Source: Candidatus Levyibacteriota bacterium
Lineage (GTDB): Bacteria > Patescibacteriota > Microgenomatia > Levybacterales > UBA12049
Direction: 5' to 3'
Assembly (NCBI GenBank): GCA_016199085.1
Contig: JACQHJ010000002.1
Location: forward strand, 31,000-94,999
DNA length: 64,000 nucleotides
A program made the position numbers and the translations under genes. The notes under the pieces were generated by a model. It ran no database searches. It was not told the origin of the DNA and saw only the letters and a program-made list of their open reading frames with translations. Below are positions 29,304 to 39,279 of this stretch, piece after piece (the first letter of the stretch is position 1; the number at the start of each line of letters is the position of its first letter).

Positions 29304-30091
29304 ACTTCAAACTCAAGATATAAAGGGAGATGATCTGAAACCTGATCCTGCAAAACTTTAAAGTCTTTAATAATTGCGTCTCTAGATACAAATATATAAT
29401 CTGCATATTTGTCATCCCTCTCAACTCTCCATTTTGCATCATAGAGATTACTTCTCGTTGTCTTAACTTTATATTCTTTTACAAGATTTCTTAATTTTTC
29501 ATCAAACATTAAAAGAGCCTTTGTTGTAATTCTTAGATTAAGGTCTCCAGCGACAACTTTTGGAATATCATATTTTTCAATAAAGTCTAAAATTATTTGA
29601 GACTGTCTAAATCTATTTGGATTATCAACCTTAGCAGCCGGTTCCCAAAAACCATGCACGTTTAAAACCAAAAATTTTTTGCCATTTTTCTCCAAAACCG
29701 TATAAATAAAATTCCTTGGGAAATTCGGTCTTCCATTCGGATAAAGACTGAATTCATTTAATTTTTTGTGAATAAAAACATTTCCCAAGTCTAAAACTTT
29801 AATGTCATTTTTAATAAAAGTTTCCTGGCCAAAATATAAAGGAAAATCTACGTATCCGCCAAGATCTCCATTATTTGAAGTCGGATAAAAATATCCCCTA
29901 AAGCCCGGGAGCGCTTCCTCGACCTCTTTCTTAATATTGGAGTAAGCGCCTTTTGAAATAATTATTTCTTTGTCTGATTTAAATATTTCCTGGAAGCAAA
30001 AAATATCCGTGTCAAGGGATTTTTGTTTTATAAATTCTAAAACCTCGTCATGTTTTATTCCTCCCCAGATATTTAAACAAATTAACTTCAT
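29300..30091 (-). CDS. Endonuclease/exonuclease/phosphatase family protein
   Basis: LNIW, FCFQE, GDLN, ADYIF and SDHLP motifs. Confidence 0.92.
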   Translation of the reverse strand: MKLICLNIWGGIKHDEVLEFIKQKSLDTDIFCFQEIFKSDKEIIISKGAYSNIKKEVEEALPGFRGYFYPTSNNGDLGGYVDFPLYFGQETFIKNDIKVLDLGNVFIHKKLNEFSLYPNGRPNFPRNFIYTVLEKNGKKFLVLNVHGFWEPAAKVDNPNRFRQSQIILDFIEKYDIPKVVAGDLNLRITTKALLMFDEKLRNLVKEYKVKTTRSNLYDAKWRVERDDKYADYIFVSRDAIIKDFKVLQDQVSDHLPLYLEFEV

Positions 30092-30134
30092 TTACTGATT
30101 ATACCAAATCAAAAACATGTGTTATAATTTTAAA

Positions 30135-31175
30135 ATGTCAAAAAAAGGTTTTGCCATTATAGCCTTAATTTTAATATTAGTATCTGCTTCTTTTGCATAT
30201 TCAAAAATAAGTATCCCAAAACTTAATATTCCTCTCCAGACTGATTTCAATGACAACATGGGTGGGGAAGTTGCAGAAGAACCCTACAGCCTTTCCATAG
30301 AGGCATTAAGAAAAGGTAATTATCCGGGTAGCGAGTTTGTAATAGAAGAGGCGCTTACGCCTGGGAGCAACTACTCACGCTATCTTGTTTCATACTTTTC
30401 GGAGGGCCTTAAAATCTATGCTCTCTTAACAGTTCCAAATGGGACGCCACCAGAAGGAGGATTTCCTGCAATTGTTTTTAACCACGGATATATTCCGCCA
30501 AGTGAATATAGGACAACCGAAAGATATATTGCTTATACTGATGCATTTTCGTCAAATGGCTATGTTTTACTTAGGCCTGATTATAGGGGTCACGGAAATT
30601 CCGAGGGGAATCCGACTGGCGCCTACGGATCAAATGGTTATACGATTGATGTTTTAAATGCTCTTTCGTCTCTAAGAAAATATCCTAGCGTAAATACTCA
30701 AAAAATTGGTATGTGGGGACACTCAATGGGTGGTTTTATCACTCTTCGGGCAATGGTGGTAGACAAAGATATTAAAGCAGGTGTTATCTGGGCAGGGGTT
30801 GTCGCATCTTATCAGGATCTTTTTGAGAGATGGAGAAAAAGATTTATTCCCTCAACAACTCCGTCAACAAGGGGAGGGAGTTGGAGACAGGCCTTATCCC
30901 AGCAATTTGGAAGCCCATCCCAAAATCCTACCTTTTGGAACAGCCTTTCCGCAAATTCCTATCTTACAGATATTTCTGGTCCGATTCAGCTTCATCACGG
31001 AACAGCAGATACCTCTGTTCCCGTTGAGTTTTCCGAAAAATTGGAAAAGCAAATGCAGGCAGCAGGGAAAGCAGTAGAGCTATATACATATCCTGGTGAT
31101 GATCACAATCTTTCTTCAAATTTTTCTCTGGCAGCGAATCGATCGGTTGAGTTTTTCGATAAATACCTCAAATAA
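30135..31175 (+). CDS. Exported alpha/beta-hydrolase (S9 peptidase-like), paralog 1
   Basis: Signal/anchor helix; HGYIPP, GHSMGG nucleophile elbow, HGTAD and DDH. Confidence 0.88.
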   Translation: MSKKGFAIIALILILVSASFAYSKISIPKLNIPLQTDFNDNMGGEVAEEPYSLSIEALRKGNYPGSEFVIEEALTPGSNYSRYLVSYFSEGLKIYALLTVPNGTPPEGGFPAIVFNHGYIPPSEYRTTERYIAYTDAFSSNGYVLLRPDYRGHGNSEGNPTGAYGSNGYTIDVLNALSSLRKYPSVNTQKIGMWGHSMGGFITLRAMVVDKDIKAGVIWAGVVASYQDLFERWRKRFIPSTTPSTRGGSWRQALSQQFGSPSQNPTFWNSLSANSYLTDISGPIQLHHGTADTSVPVEFSEKLEKQMQAAGKAVELYTYPGDDHNLSSNFSLAANRSVEFFDKYLK

Positions 31176-31194
31176 ATACTTGCCTTTTTTCCAC

Positions 31195-31242
31195 AGAAGA
31201 ACTGCAAAACTTTCTCCGATTGAGGCATTAAGATACGAATAA
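31195..31242 (+). pseudogene. 3' remnant of a MacB/FtsX-type ABC permease gene
   Basis: Translates as RRTAKLSPIEALRYE*, matching the family C-terminal PARRAAKLxPIEALRYE signature; no upstream gene body. Confidence 0.7.
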
Positions 31243-31244
31243 AG

Positions 31245-31466
31245 TTAGCTTAATATTTCAAAAGTTTTATTTTTAGACCTCTCTCCACTTATAAGTAAGA
31301 CGTCAGATATTTTAACATTTAAATACTTTGCTAAAGAGGTTCTTATTGCATTATTTGCTTTTCCCTCAAGCGGAGGTTTATTTACGTAAACATGAATCGT
31401 CCCAAGTAAATCTTTTTCAACCCTTGGTCTTTTTGCGCTTGGATGAGCGATGATTGTAATTTTCAT
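31245..31466 (-). CDS. DUF167/YggU family protein
   Basis: PPLEGKANNA and ISGERSKNK motifs. Confidence 0.9.
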   Translation of the reverse strand: MKITIIAHPSAKRPRVEKDLLGTIHVYVNKPPLEGKANNAIRTSLAKYLNVKISDVLLISGERSKNKTFEILS

Positions 31467-31467
31467 A

Positions 31468-32622
31468 CTAGATAGAATTTAATAAATCTTTTGCCTCTGT
31501 CAGGTTTTCATTATAAAAAACCGCTTTTTCAAATTCATTCCTTGCTGCCTCAATATTACCCTGGCTTTGGTAAATCTTTCCCCTTAAAACATACAGTTCT
31601 GAAAAAGCTCGGTTATGGTTATTTAAAACTCTATCAGTTATTTCAAAAACTTTTGTATAATTTCCCAATTCATAATATGCAAGGATAGGCTCTATCTGGT
31701 ACCAAAGTGTTCTGAAAGGAAGACCGTTTTCAACCTTCTCAAACTCTTCAGTGCTTTTTTGAAATTCTCCTATATTGTAGTATGCAACTGAAAGATTAAA
31801 CCTTGTATAGATATCGTCTGGATTTTCTCTAAGTTGCATTAGTGAGTTTTCTACCGCTTTTTGCCAGGCGACTTTTTCATTTAGATCTTCACCCAAAATC
31901 TGTTTTGCGATTTCCTGCTTTTTTACCGGAACCAAAACAAGGTATTCATAGTTAAACTTTTTCCAGATTTCATTAAAATCAGAATATGAATATTGCAAAT
32001 TTTTGTTCTGCAGGGAATCATCCTGAATTAAAACCCCTTTATTTTCATCGTATCCCTTAACAATTCTGTAGTGGCCGATATCCTCATTGGGTTTTGTCCA
32101 GGTTCTTGTAATAACGGGAATATCATAGGCAATAAAATATTTAATCAAAGTTTCGTTTCCCATAGGCCTATGATAGGGGATTAAATCATATTCTTTGGAT
32201 TTTTCTGCAAGTTCTTCAAGTGTAACTGATTTGTCATCGTTATCTCCTCCGGGAATTTGGTATGGTCTTAAGGCATTACCTAGTTCTTGTTGGGAGACAT
32301 TAATTCCGTAGTATGAAAGCGCCATGGACAATGCCGCAGGACCGCAGTTATTAAATGTCTGAAAGATATGGTAATCATTTGTAAGTATTTTTCGTTTTGT
32401 AGGAGTTTGTAAAAGAATATTTTGTGCCGGAGTAGGGGAAGCATTTTCAAAATTTGAAATACTTTGGGGAATTAAAATTTTTGTATTTTGCGATTTAATA
32501 AAAACCAAGACTATTGAAAGAATTGTAATTGCAAAAGGGAAAAGTATTCCAAGAAAAATAAAAGTTAATCTATTATTTTTTGGCTTTTCAATTGTTTCTA
32601 AATTTTTGGTAGAATACTCCAT
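31468..32622 (-). CDS. Membrane-anchored C39-like cysteine peptidase with TPR repeats
   Basis: QTFNNCGPA catalytic Cys, GHYRIVKGYD, DS, C-terminal TPR helices. Confidence 0.85.
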   Translation of the reverse strand: MEYSTKNLETIEKPKNNRLTFIFLGILFPFAITILSIVLVFIKSQNTKILIPQSISNFENASPTPAQNILLQTPTKRKILTNDYHIFQTFNNCGPAALSMALSYYGINVSQQELGNALRPYQIPGGDNDDKSVTLEELAEKSKEYDLIPYHRPMGNETLIKYFIAYDIPVITRTWTKPNEDIGHYRIVKGYDENKGVLIQDDSLQNKNLQYSYSDFNEIWKKFNYEYLVLVPVKKQEIAKQILGEDLNEKVAWQKAVENSLMQLRENPDDIYTRFNLSVAYYNIGEFQKSTEEFEKVENGLPFRTLWYQIEPILAYYELGNYTKVFEITDRVLNNHNRAFSELYVLRGKIYQSQGNIEAARNEFEKAVFYNENLTEAKDLLNSI

Positions 32623-33210
32623 ATGCGCAAAAAAATTATAATTCTGGTTACTTTATTTATCGCCTTAGCCATCTTTAGTTTTCTTACAACGTTGTTTGTA
32701 CAAAAACCCGTACAAAGTGAAATAAAAGAAATTGCAAAACACCACTGGTTTTTATTACACAGAAAATCAAATATTGAATATTTGTACTATGGAACTTTTG
32801 GTGATGCTAATAATAGCCAACTTTTAAAGACATTTCAAGTAAAAGTAGGACAAATCTTAAGTCCGACGCCATTGCCCCAGCTTTTGGGAAGAGGCTATTG
32901 GCTGCTTATTAAAAAAGAATCTTCAAGTGAGAACCTTGATACAGCTCCATATTTTCTAACACTTGATGTGCCATCAAACGGGGAGTGGCCATACGGTCCA
33001 ACGCCATATCTAGAATGTAACGGACAATGTGACTGGCAAATGCCCGGCTACTTTGGATTACATGGAATTAATGGAAACTTAGATAAGCTTTCAAGTGAAG
33101 ATGTGGGAAGTTTGGGATGCGTAAGACACAAAGATGAGGATATTACGTATTTGTATAACACCTTACATCCGGAGACTGAGGAGATAAGATACTATATTGT
33201 AGATATTTAA
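32623..33210 (+). CDS. L,D-transpeptidase (YkuD)-like protein
   Basis: N-terminal transmembrane helix; PTP, FGLHG and SLGCVR catalytic motif. Confidence 0.8.
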   Translation: MRKKIIILVTLFIALAIFSFLTTLFVQKPVQSEIKEIAKHHWFLLHRKSNIEYLYYGTFGDANNSQLLKTFQVKVGQILSPTPLPQLLGRGYWLLIKKESSSENLDTAPYFLTLDVPSNGEWPYGPTPYLECNGQCDWQMPGYFGLHGINGNLDKLSSEDVGSLGCVRHKDEDITYLYNTLHPETEEIRYYIVDI

Positions 33211-33212
33211 AA

Positions 33213-34328
33213 ATGGAGCAACCTGAAATCCCAAAAGATTTAGAAAAACCACAAATTATCCAAAATCCACAAAGGAGAAAAAACTGGATTATTAAATCTG
33301 CGTTTTTGGTTGTGGTTTTATTTTTGGGAGTATTTATTTATGTAAAACAAAATAGTGCTGTTAGATATGAGGAGATTACACAAAATCTTCCCCAAAATAG
33401 TGGAATACTTCCAACGCCAACACCTTTCTTATTTGAAGAAATGACGGTGCCTTTTCTAAGAAGAAAAACTTATGAAAGTAATCTTTCCGCGTTAGAAAAA
33501 GTTTCAGAAAATTCTAGCTATACGTCTTATCTAACGAGCTACAAATCAGACGGATTAAATATAAATGGACTTATTACAATTCCTAAGGGAAATACTCCTA
33601 TCGGAGGTTTTCCTGCAATTGTCTTTGTTCATGGATATATCCCTCCCAAAAGTTACCAGACACTTGTTAACTATTCTTCGTATGTAGACTATCTTGCAAA
33701 AAATGGATTTGTAGTTTTCAAAATAGATTTAAGAGGACATGCAAAATCCGAGGGAGATCCGGGCGGATCATACTACTCCTCAGACTATATAGTCGATGTT
33801 CTAAGCGCATATTCTGCACTGCAAGCTTCTGATTTTGTAGATCCTAAGGCAATCGGTCTTTGGGGACATAGCATGGCAGGAAATGTTGTTGCAAGAAGTC
33901 TTGCAGCAAAACCAGATATACCAGCAGTTGTCATCTGGGCAGGCGCTGTTTATACATATAAAGATTTCCAAGACTACGGAATCTCCGACAACAGTTATCA
34001 ATCACCACCGCAAGACACCCAAAGACAAAGAAGAAGAAAACTTCTTTTTGATACATACGGGCAGTTTAGTCAAGATTCAGAATTCTGGAAACAAATTCCG
34101 ATGACAAATTATCTAACGGATATTAAAGGAGCAATTTCCTTAAACCATGCAGTTAATGATAATGTTGTCGACATTAGATATAGCAGGGGACTTAGTGAAA
34201 TATTAGATAAGACAAATATAGTTCATGAGTTAAACGAATACCCAAGCGGAGGACATAATTTATTGGGGAATACTTTTGTTTTGGCAATGGATAATACAGT
34301 TGAATTCTTTAGAGAGAATTTAAAATAG
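33213..34328 (+). CDS. Membrane-anchored alpha/beta-hydrolase (S9 peptidase-like), paralog 2
   Basis: HGYIPP, GHSMAG, HAVND and GGH motifs; clear paralog of 30135. Confidence 0.88.
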   Translation: MEQPEIPKDLEKPQIIQNPQRRKNWIIKSAFLVVVLFLGVFIYVKQNSAVRYEEITQNLPQNSGILPTPTPFLFEEMTVPFLRRKTYESNLSALEKVSENSSYTSYLTSYKSDGLNINGLITIPKGNTPIGGFPAIVFVHGYIPPKSYQTLVNYSSYVDYLAKNGFVVFKIDLRGHAKSEGDPGGSYYSSDYIVDVLSAYSALQASDFVDPKAIGLWGHSMAGNVVARSLAAKPDIPAVVIWAGAVYTYKDFQDYGISDNSYQSPPQDTQRQRRRKLLFDTYGQFSQDSEFWKQIPMTNYLTDIKGAISLNHAVNDNVVDIRYSRGLSEILDKTNIVHELNEYPSGGHNLLGNTFVLAMDNTVEFFRENLK

Positions 34329-34341
34329 GAAGATATATATT

Positions 34342-35151
34342 TTACTTCCTGTTATTAAGAGGCTGATCGCTAATAGGTCCCCAACCATTATGAGAATTTC
34401 TAACAGGAGTTCCTAAGTAGCCATCAGCCATTGGATGTGCATTTGCTTCTCGAAGGTGTCTTAAGAATTCTGGTACATTTGGTGGCGTAGGGTCGGATAT
34501 AACCTGTTTCCAGATTGATCTTTCAATCATGGTAACTGGTTGGACTATTTCGGTAAAATCTAATGTTCTATCTAATATGCCAATAATTTGAGGTATTGTT
34601 AGGTCTTTATAGGATGGATACATATTTCGTATCTCGCCAATCACAGCTAAGGTACGTCTTTTCACGGCTGGTTGTTGTCCATCTAAGCTTTCTAATGTTT
34701 TAATAAAACTATTACGTGTAAGAAATGCATTTCCTCTATTGCTTTCAACTTTTTTATCCAGTGTTTTTCCCTCAGCATCTTTAACCTTATCTTGATAAGC
34801 TTCCATGACAAACCTTTTATCAGTATATCCTCGAAACTCAAATCCCGTTTGGTCTTCATTTAATCTAACTAGCGCGAGAACTACCAGTCTTTGTCTTGAG
34901 CCATATAGCTTATGCTTTCCGTCCCCTGGTTGTTCGCCATCTCTTCTCGATATAGTATCTGAGAGTAGGCCAGAAGAATCTTCCTGAGGTGTAAAAACTG
35001 CTGCTTGCTCTAAAAGCCTATGTTGAGTGCGCCTTCTTTTTCTAAGTGGAGCGGGCGCTTCTCGTCTAAACACGTCTTCGGAAACTGGCAAAAATTTCAT
35101 TCTTCGCCTAATCTCTCTTCTTGATGAAGCTTCCGATGGAGCTCTTGCCAT
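34342..35151 (-). CDS. Hypothetical Arg-rich protein (orphan class)
   Basis: 269-aa ORF MARAPSEASSRREIRRR; TTGACA upstream on the minus strand. Confidence 0.7.
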   Translation of the reverse strand: MARAPSEASSRREIRRRMKFLPVSEDVFRREAPAPLRKRRRTQHRLLEQAAVFTPQEDSSGLLSDTISRRDGEQPGDGKHKLYGSRQRLVVLALVRLNEDQTGFEFRGYTDKRFVMEAYQDKVKDAEGKTLDKKVESNRGNAFLTRNSFIKTLESLDGQQPAVKRRTLAVIGEIRNMYPSYKDLTIPQIIGILDRTLDFTEIVQPVTMIERSIWKQVISDPTPPNVPEFLRHLREANAHPMADGYLGTPVRNSHNGWGPISDQPLNNRK

Positions 35152-35344
35152 TTAATATTCTTATACAATCTATAAGCTTATCTGTCAATATAGATCTTAT
35201 CTTTACTCCATCTGATATAATTTATTGACTAATGGTTATCCGAAAAACCTCAATAACTAAAGAAACCAAAAACCCAGAAAAAATGTCATGATTTATTCGT
35301 CATTTGCGTTATAATTACAAAGAAAACGGAATAACTAAAAACTT

Positions 35345-37666
35345 ATGGCAGTAAGTAAAAAAGTTTCCAAAAACCTTCATTCTTTTAGGGAAATTACAGA
35401 CAGTATTCCCGCCATGGTTGCAATTTATAACATCCATACTGGTAAGTATGTTTACGTAAACCGCTCTATAAAGAGGCTTTTGGGATATAGCCCGGAGGAT
35501 TTTATTAAAAAAGGAATGCCGTTTGTTTCTTCCCTTGTTCATCCAGATGATATACCGAAAGTTGCCCTGGAAAACAAAAAAGCACTAAAAATGGCAAACA
35601 AGAAAGGATATAAAAAAGACAAAGACCCGATTAGCCATTTTGAATACAGAATGATGCATAAAGATGGTAAATACAGATGGCTTCATACCGACGGAAGCGT
35701 ATTTTCAAGAGATAAAAATGGAAAAGTGGAATACGTTTTGAACGCCTCCTTAAATATTACAAAGAGAAAAGAAATGGAGGAAAAATATATTGACCTGACA
35801 AAAAATCTTGAGGAAAAAATAAAAGAAAGAACTCAAAACCTCGAAAAAGAAGAGAAAAAATTTAAAACCTTGGTTGAGAACAGTTGGGAAGCGGTTTTAC
35901 TTGTAGATGCAAAAGCGCGTCTTTTATACGCAACTCCTTCAATAGTTAAGCTTTTTGGAAGAAAATTTGATGAATTTATGGGTGTAAGCGGAATAAAGTT
36001 TGTCCATCCTTTGGATATTACTAAGGTTCTAAAAAAACTTTCTACGCTTTTACTAAAACCAAACTCAAGGGTAACCTTGGAATCCAGAATAAAGCACAAG
36101 CTTGGACATTACAGATGGGTAGAAGCCACAGCCACGAACCTTTTAAAAGACCCCGATGTTAAAGCAATAGTCGTAAATCTTAGGGATATTACCGAAAGAA
36201 AAACTTCTGAGGAAAATTTAAAAACTGCTCTTAAGGATCTGCAGGATATGAAATATGCACTTGACCAGTCATCAATAGTCTCAATTACAAATAACAAGGG
36301 AATTATTGAATATGTCAACGATAGATATACTCAGATATCAAAATATGCAAAAAAAGAACTAATTGGAAAAACCCATCATCTTTTAAGTTCGAATTATCAT
36401 CCTAAGGAGTTTTTCCATAATCTTTGGAAAACAGTGTTATCAGGTAAGGTTTGGCATGGGGAAATCAGAAACAAGGCAAAAGACGGCAGTTTCTATTGGG
36501 AAGATACGACTATTGTTCCTTTTTTGGATCACCTTGGTAGGCCCAAGCAATTTATTGAGATAAAAAAAGACATTACAAAACAGAAGAAATTTTATGAGGA
36601 TCTTCAAACAAGCGAAGAACGTTTGAGGATTGCGATTGCAGCCGGAAAAATTGGAGTATGGGAATGGGATATTATCGAAAATAAAATAATCTGGTCGGAG
36701 AGAATCTATGAAATCCATGGTGTTAAAAAAGAAGATTTTAAGGGAACTATTGAAGAATATACTAAACTAATTTATCCAGATGACAGAAAGACAGTAGAGG
36801 AGGCAATTAAACAAGCTCTTTTGGGAAAAGAAACGTATTCATTAGAGTTTAGAGCTTATGGTCCCAACCAGTCTGTAATTTGGATACACACTAGAGCAAC
36901 GGTAGTGTTTGATGGGAAAAAGCCCATTAAAATGCTTGGTGCCACTTTTGAAATTACACAAAGAAAAGAGTTGGAGCAGAGAAAGGATGATTTTATTGCT
37001 CTTGCAAGCCACGAGCTAAAGACCCCTCTTACGTCGCTTAAGATATTCACACAAGTGTTCGAGCAACGTTTTAAAAGACAGGGGGACATACAAATGACGA
37101 CATACTTTAATGCAATGGACAAACAAATCGACAAACTTACCTCCCTGGTAAACAGTCTCTTGGATTCCTCAAGAGTAAGGCAGGGTAAGCTTTCTTATAA
37201 GAAAAATAAATTCAGACTCAAAGATTTAATCTTAGAAGTAGTGCAGAGCTTGCAGTCTATAACCAAAACACATAAAATCGAAGTTGTCGGAGACGACAAT
37301 AATGAAATAGTTGCCGATAGAGATAGAATTGGACAAGTGTTAATTAATCTGATTAATAACGCTATTAAATATTCGCCAAATGCGAACAGGGTTACTGTTT
37401 CTTTTAAGAAAATGGAAGATAATATGCAAACTAGCGTACAGGATTTCGGAGTAGGAATAAGTCAGGAAGAAAAAGATAGGATTTTTGAAAGATTTTCACA
37501 GGCAAGGAGCAGCCCTTTAAAAAGAACTTTTCCCGGACTAGGTCTTGGATTATATATTTCCAAGGAAATCATAGAAAGACATAATGGAAAAATTTGGCTA
37601 AAGACTAAAGAGAATAAGGGTTCTACCTTCTACTTTACTCTGCCTATTAAAAAAAACACAAACTGA
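35345..37666 (+). CDS. Cytoplasmic multi-PAS sensor histidine kinase
   Basis: Four PAS/PAC repeats (HPDD, DITER), H-box SHELKTPLT, N-box NNAIKYS and GLGLGL; no transmembrane helix. Confidence 0.95.
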   Translation: MAVSKKVSKNLHSFREITDSIPAMVAIYNIHTGKYVYVNRSIKRLLGYSPEDFIKKGMPFVSSLVHPDDIPKVALENKKALKMANKKGYKKDKDPISHFEYRMMHKDGKYRWLHTDGSVFSRDKNGKVEYVLNASLNITKRKEMEEKYIDLTKNLEEKIKERTQNLEKEEKKFKTLVENSWEAVLLVDAKARLLYATPSIVKLFGRKFDEFMGVSGIKFVHPLDITKVLKKLSTLLLKPNSRVTLESRIKHKLGHYRWVEATATNLLKDPDVKAIVVNLRDITERKTSEENLKTALKDLQDMKYALDQSSIVSITNNKGIIEYVNDRYTQISKYAKKELIGKTHHLLSSNYHPKEFFHNLWKTVLSGKVWHGEIRNKAKDGSFYWEDTTIVPFLDHLGRPKQFIEIKKDITKQKKFYEDLQTSEERLRIAIAAGKIGVWEWDIIENKIIWSERIYEIHGVKKEDFKGTIEEYTKLIYPDDRKTVEEAIKQALLGKETYSLEFRAYGPNQSVIWIHTRATVVFDGKKPIKMLGATFEITQRKELEQRKDDFIALASHELKTPLTSLKIFTQVFEQRFKRQGDIQMTTYFNAMDKQIDKLTSLVNSLLDSSRVRQGKLSYKKNKFRLKDLILEVVQSLQSITKTHKIEVVGDDNNEIVADRDRIGQVLINLINNAIKYSPNANRVTVSFKKMEDNMQTSVQDFGVGISQEEKDRIFERFSQARSSPLKRTFPGLGLGLYISKEIIERHNGKIWLKTKENKGSTFYFTLPIKKNTN

Positions 37667-37670
37667 CTTT

Positions 37671-38048
37671 ATGAAAAAAGTAATAATTATTGATGATGAT
37701 GAGAATATTTTGGAAGCCTTAAAAATATTGCTTGAGCATTTTGGCTTTAAGGCAGAGACTTTGATTAGGGACGGAGAAAGGCTTGCAAAAGCTATTAATA
37801 AACAGATTCCTGACTTAATTATTTTAGACGTTTTACTTTCCGGTGAAGATGGCAGAGTTGTTTGTAAAACATTAAAATCAACAAAGAAAACCAAAGACAT
37901 CCCCGTTATAATGATTTCCGCCCATCCAAACGCAAAACAGAAAGCATTGGAAATGGGAGCGGATGAGTTTATCGCAAAACCTTTTGATGTAGAGCACTTA
38001 TTAGACAAAGTAGAGTACTATACCGAAACAAAGTTAATAAATAATTGA
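37671..38048 (+). CDS. Single-domain response regulator (receiver)
   Basis: IIDDD, ILDV (phospho-Asp), ISA and AKPF motifs. Confidence 0.94.
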   Translation: MKKVIIIDDDENILEALKILLEHFGFKAETLIRDGERLAKAINKQIPDLIILDVLLSGEDGRVVCKTLKSTKKTKDIPVIMISAHPNAKQKALEMGADEFIAKPFDVEHLLDKVEYYTETKLINN

Positions 38049-38078
38049 CAAATAAATTTAAAACTGTATCATAAAGGT

Positions 38079-38285
38079 ATGATTGAGCCAAGAGCAGAAG
38101 GATCCAATGTAGTGCCTCTCGACTCACACCCAAGATTTAGAAGACAGGAAATCCCTCACCATCAGCCAGAGCCAGAAGCCCCGCAAAGACGCGGAATAAA
38201 AGCCATATTGGGAAGCTTAGGAAGGAGAGTTTTGGCAAATCTGGATCCCAACACATCTAAAAAGCCTGAAAATTCACCCTTCTAA
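38079..38285 (+). CDS. Small hypothetical protein (orphan class)
   Basis: TTGACA-N16-TATCAT-N6-ATG; MIEPRAEG start. Confidence 0.6.
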   Translation: MIEPRAEGSNVVPLDSHPRFRRQEIPHHQPEPEAPQRRGIKAILGSLGRRVLANLDPNTSKKPENSPF

Positions 38286-38620
38286 TTTTTTAATTTCAAT
38301 TTTTTTAATTTCCTTCTTTCTTTTGCAAATTCATAAGCGTTCCTAACATAGGCAAAGACCCTTTCTATATCGTTTTCTTGGGTTATTTCAGTCTGTGACC
38401 ATGTTTTTCCGAAATCAAACTTTTCAAAACCATCATCTAAAGAATTGTTAAATCCGGTTGGGGAAAGAATTAAAAATAAAAGCAAAATATTGTTATCAAT
38501 TTCTTTTATCCCTCCAAAAAGGTTGTTTTCTCTATAAATACAAATCCAGCCAAAACTATTTGAAAAACGGATTGATCCCAATTCTTCAATCTGGGAAATT
38601 AACAAATCCTTAAGATCCAT
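38282..38620 (-). CDS. Hypothetical protein, possibly TfoX/YjbR-like fold
   Basis: FG..IYRENNLFGGI and W..YVRNAYEF pattern; start reassigned to MDLKD. Confidence 0.55.
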   Translation of the reverse strand: MDLKDLLISQIEELGSIRFSNSFGWICIYRENNLFGGIKEIDNNILLLFLILSPTGFNNSLDDGFEKFDFGKTWSQTEITQENDIERVFAYVRNAYEFAKERRKLKKLKLKN

Positions 38621-38666
38621 ATGCTTAAGCTGATTATATACCATTGTTTTTGCTATAATCTGGCCC

Positions 38667-39233
38667 ATGGTACTTGAGATAGGTAGAGAAGTTCCCAAGA
38701 CAGCAGCATTGTTTCCCTTGGGGGAAGATGTATCAAATAGAATTTTTTCTGCAATTAGCCTAGGTGAAAAAAGCTGGGAGGATGTTGTTAATGACCAAAC
38801 GGCAATAATGATGAGGGAAAATCCTTTTGCGCTGACTCATCTAGGCATGGTTGCTTCTGGCCGTGGGGGAATTTCCCAAGAAGGCTTTATGATTGGATTT
38901 TGTCTAATGTATGCAATACTAAGGGAAAAATCGGAAGAAGGCACAGTTCCAGAGCTGGTTTTTGATTTCGTAGAGGGATATGCAAAAGATAAGTATGAGC
39001 GCGAAGAGGCGTTTTTTGATGATCCCGATCTGGAATTTAACGAAATTGAATATCAAAATACGGAATCAAATATGTTTAGACTTTTAGAACGAGGTTTATA
39101 TTCCAGCTTAGATAAACATTTAAGCGCTCGGGGAGGCTTGTTTTTTGACTCAAGGTTTATCGGCATTGTTTATTCCTATTTTCTTTTTAGACAAGGACTT
39201 TCAAATCCAGCCAACTATTCAATACCAGCATAA
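38667..39233 (+). CDS. Hypothetical acidic protein (orphan class)
   Basis: TGcTATAAT-N7-ATG; MVLEIGRE start. Confidence 0.7.
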   Translation: MVLEIGREVPKTAALFPLGEDVSNRIFSAISLGEKSWEDVVNDQTAIMMRENPFALTHLGMVASGRGGISQEGFMIGFCLMYAILREKSEEGTVPELVFDFVEGYAKDKYEREEAFFDDPDLEFNEIEYQNTESNMFRLLERGLYSSLDKHLSARGGLFFDSRFIGIVYSYFLFRQGLSNPANYSIPA

Positions 39234-39279
39234 TTTAATTATCTTGTATTTTTAAAAGCTCTGGGCTACAATGCGCCTT

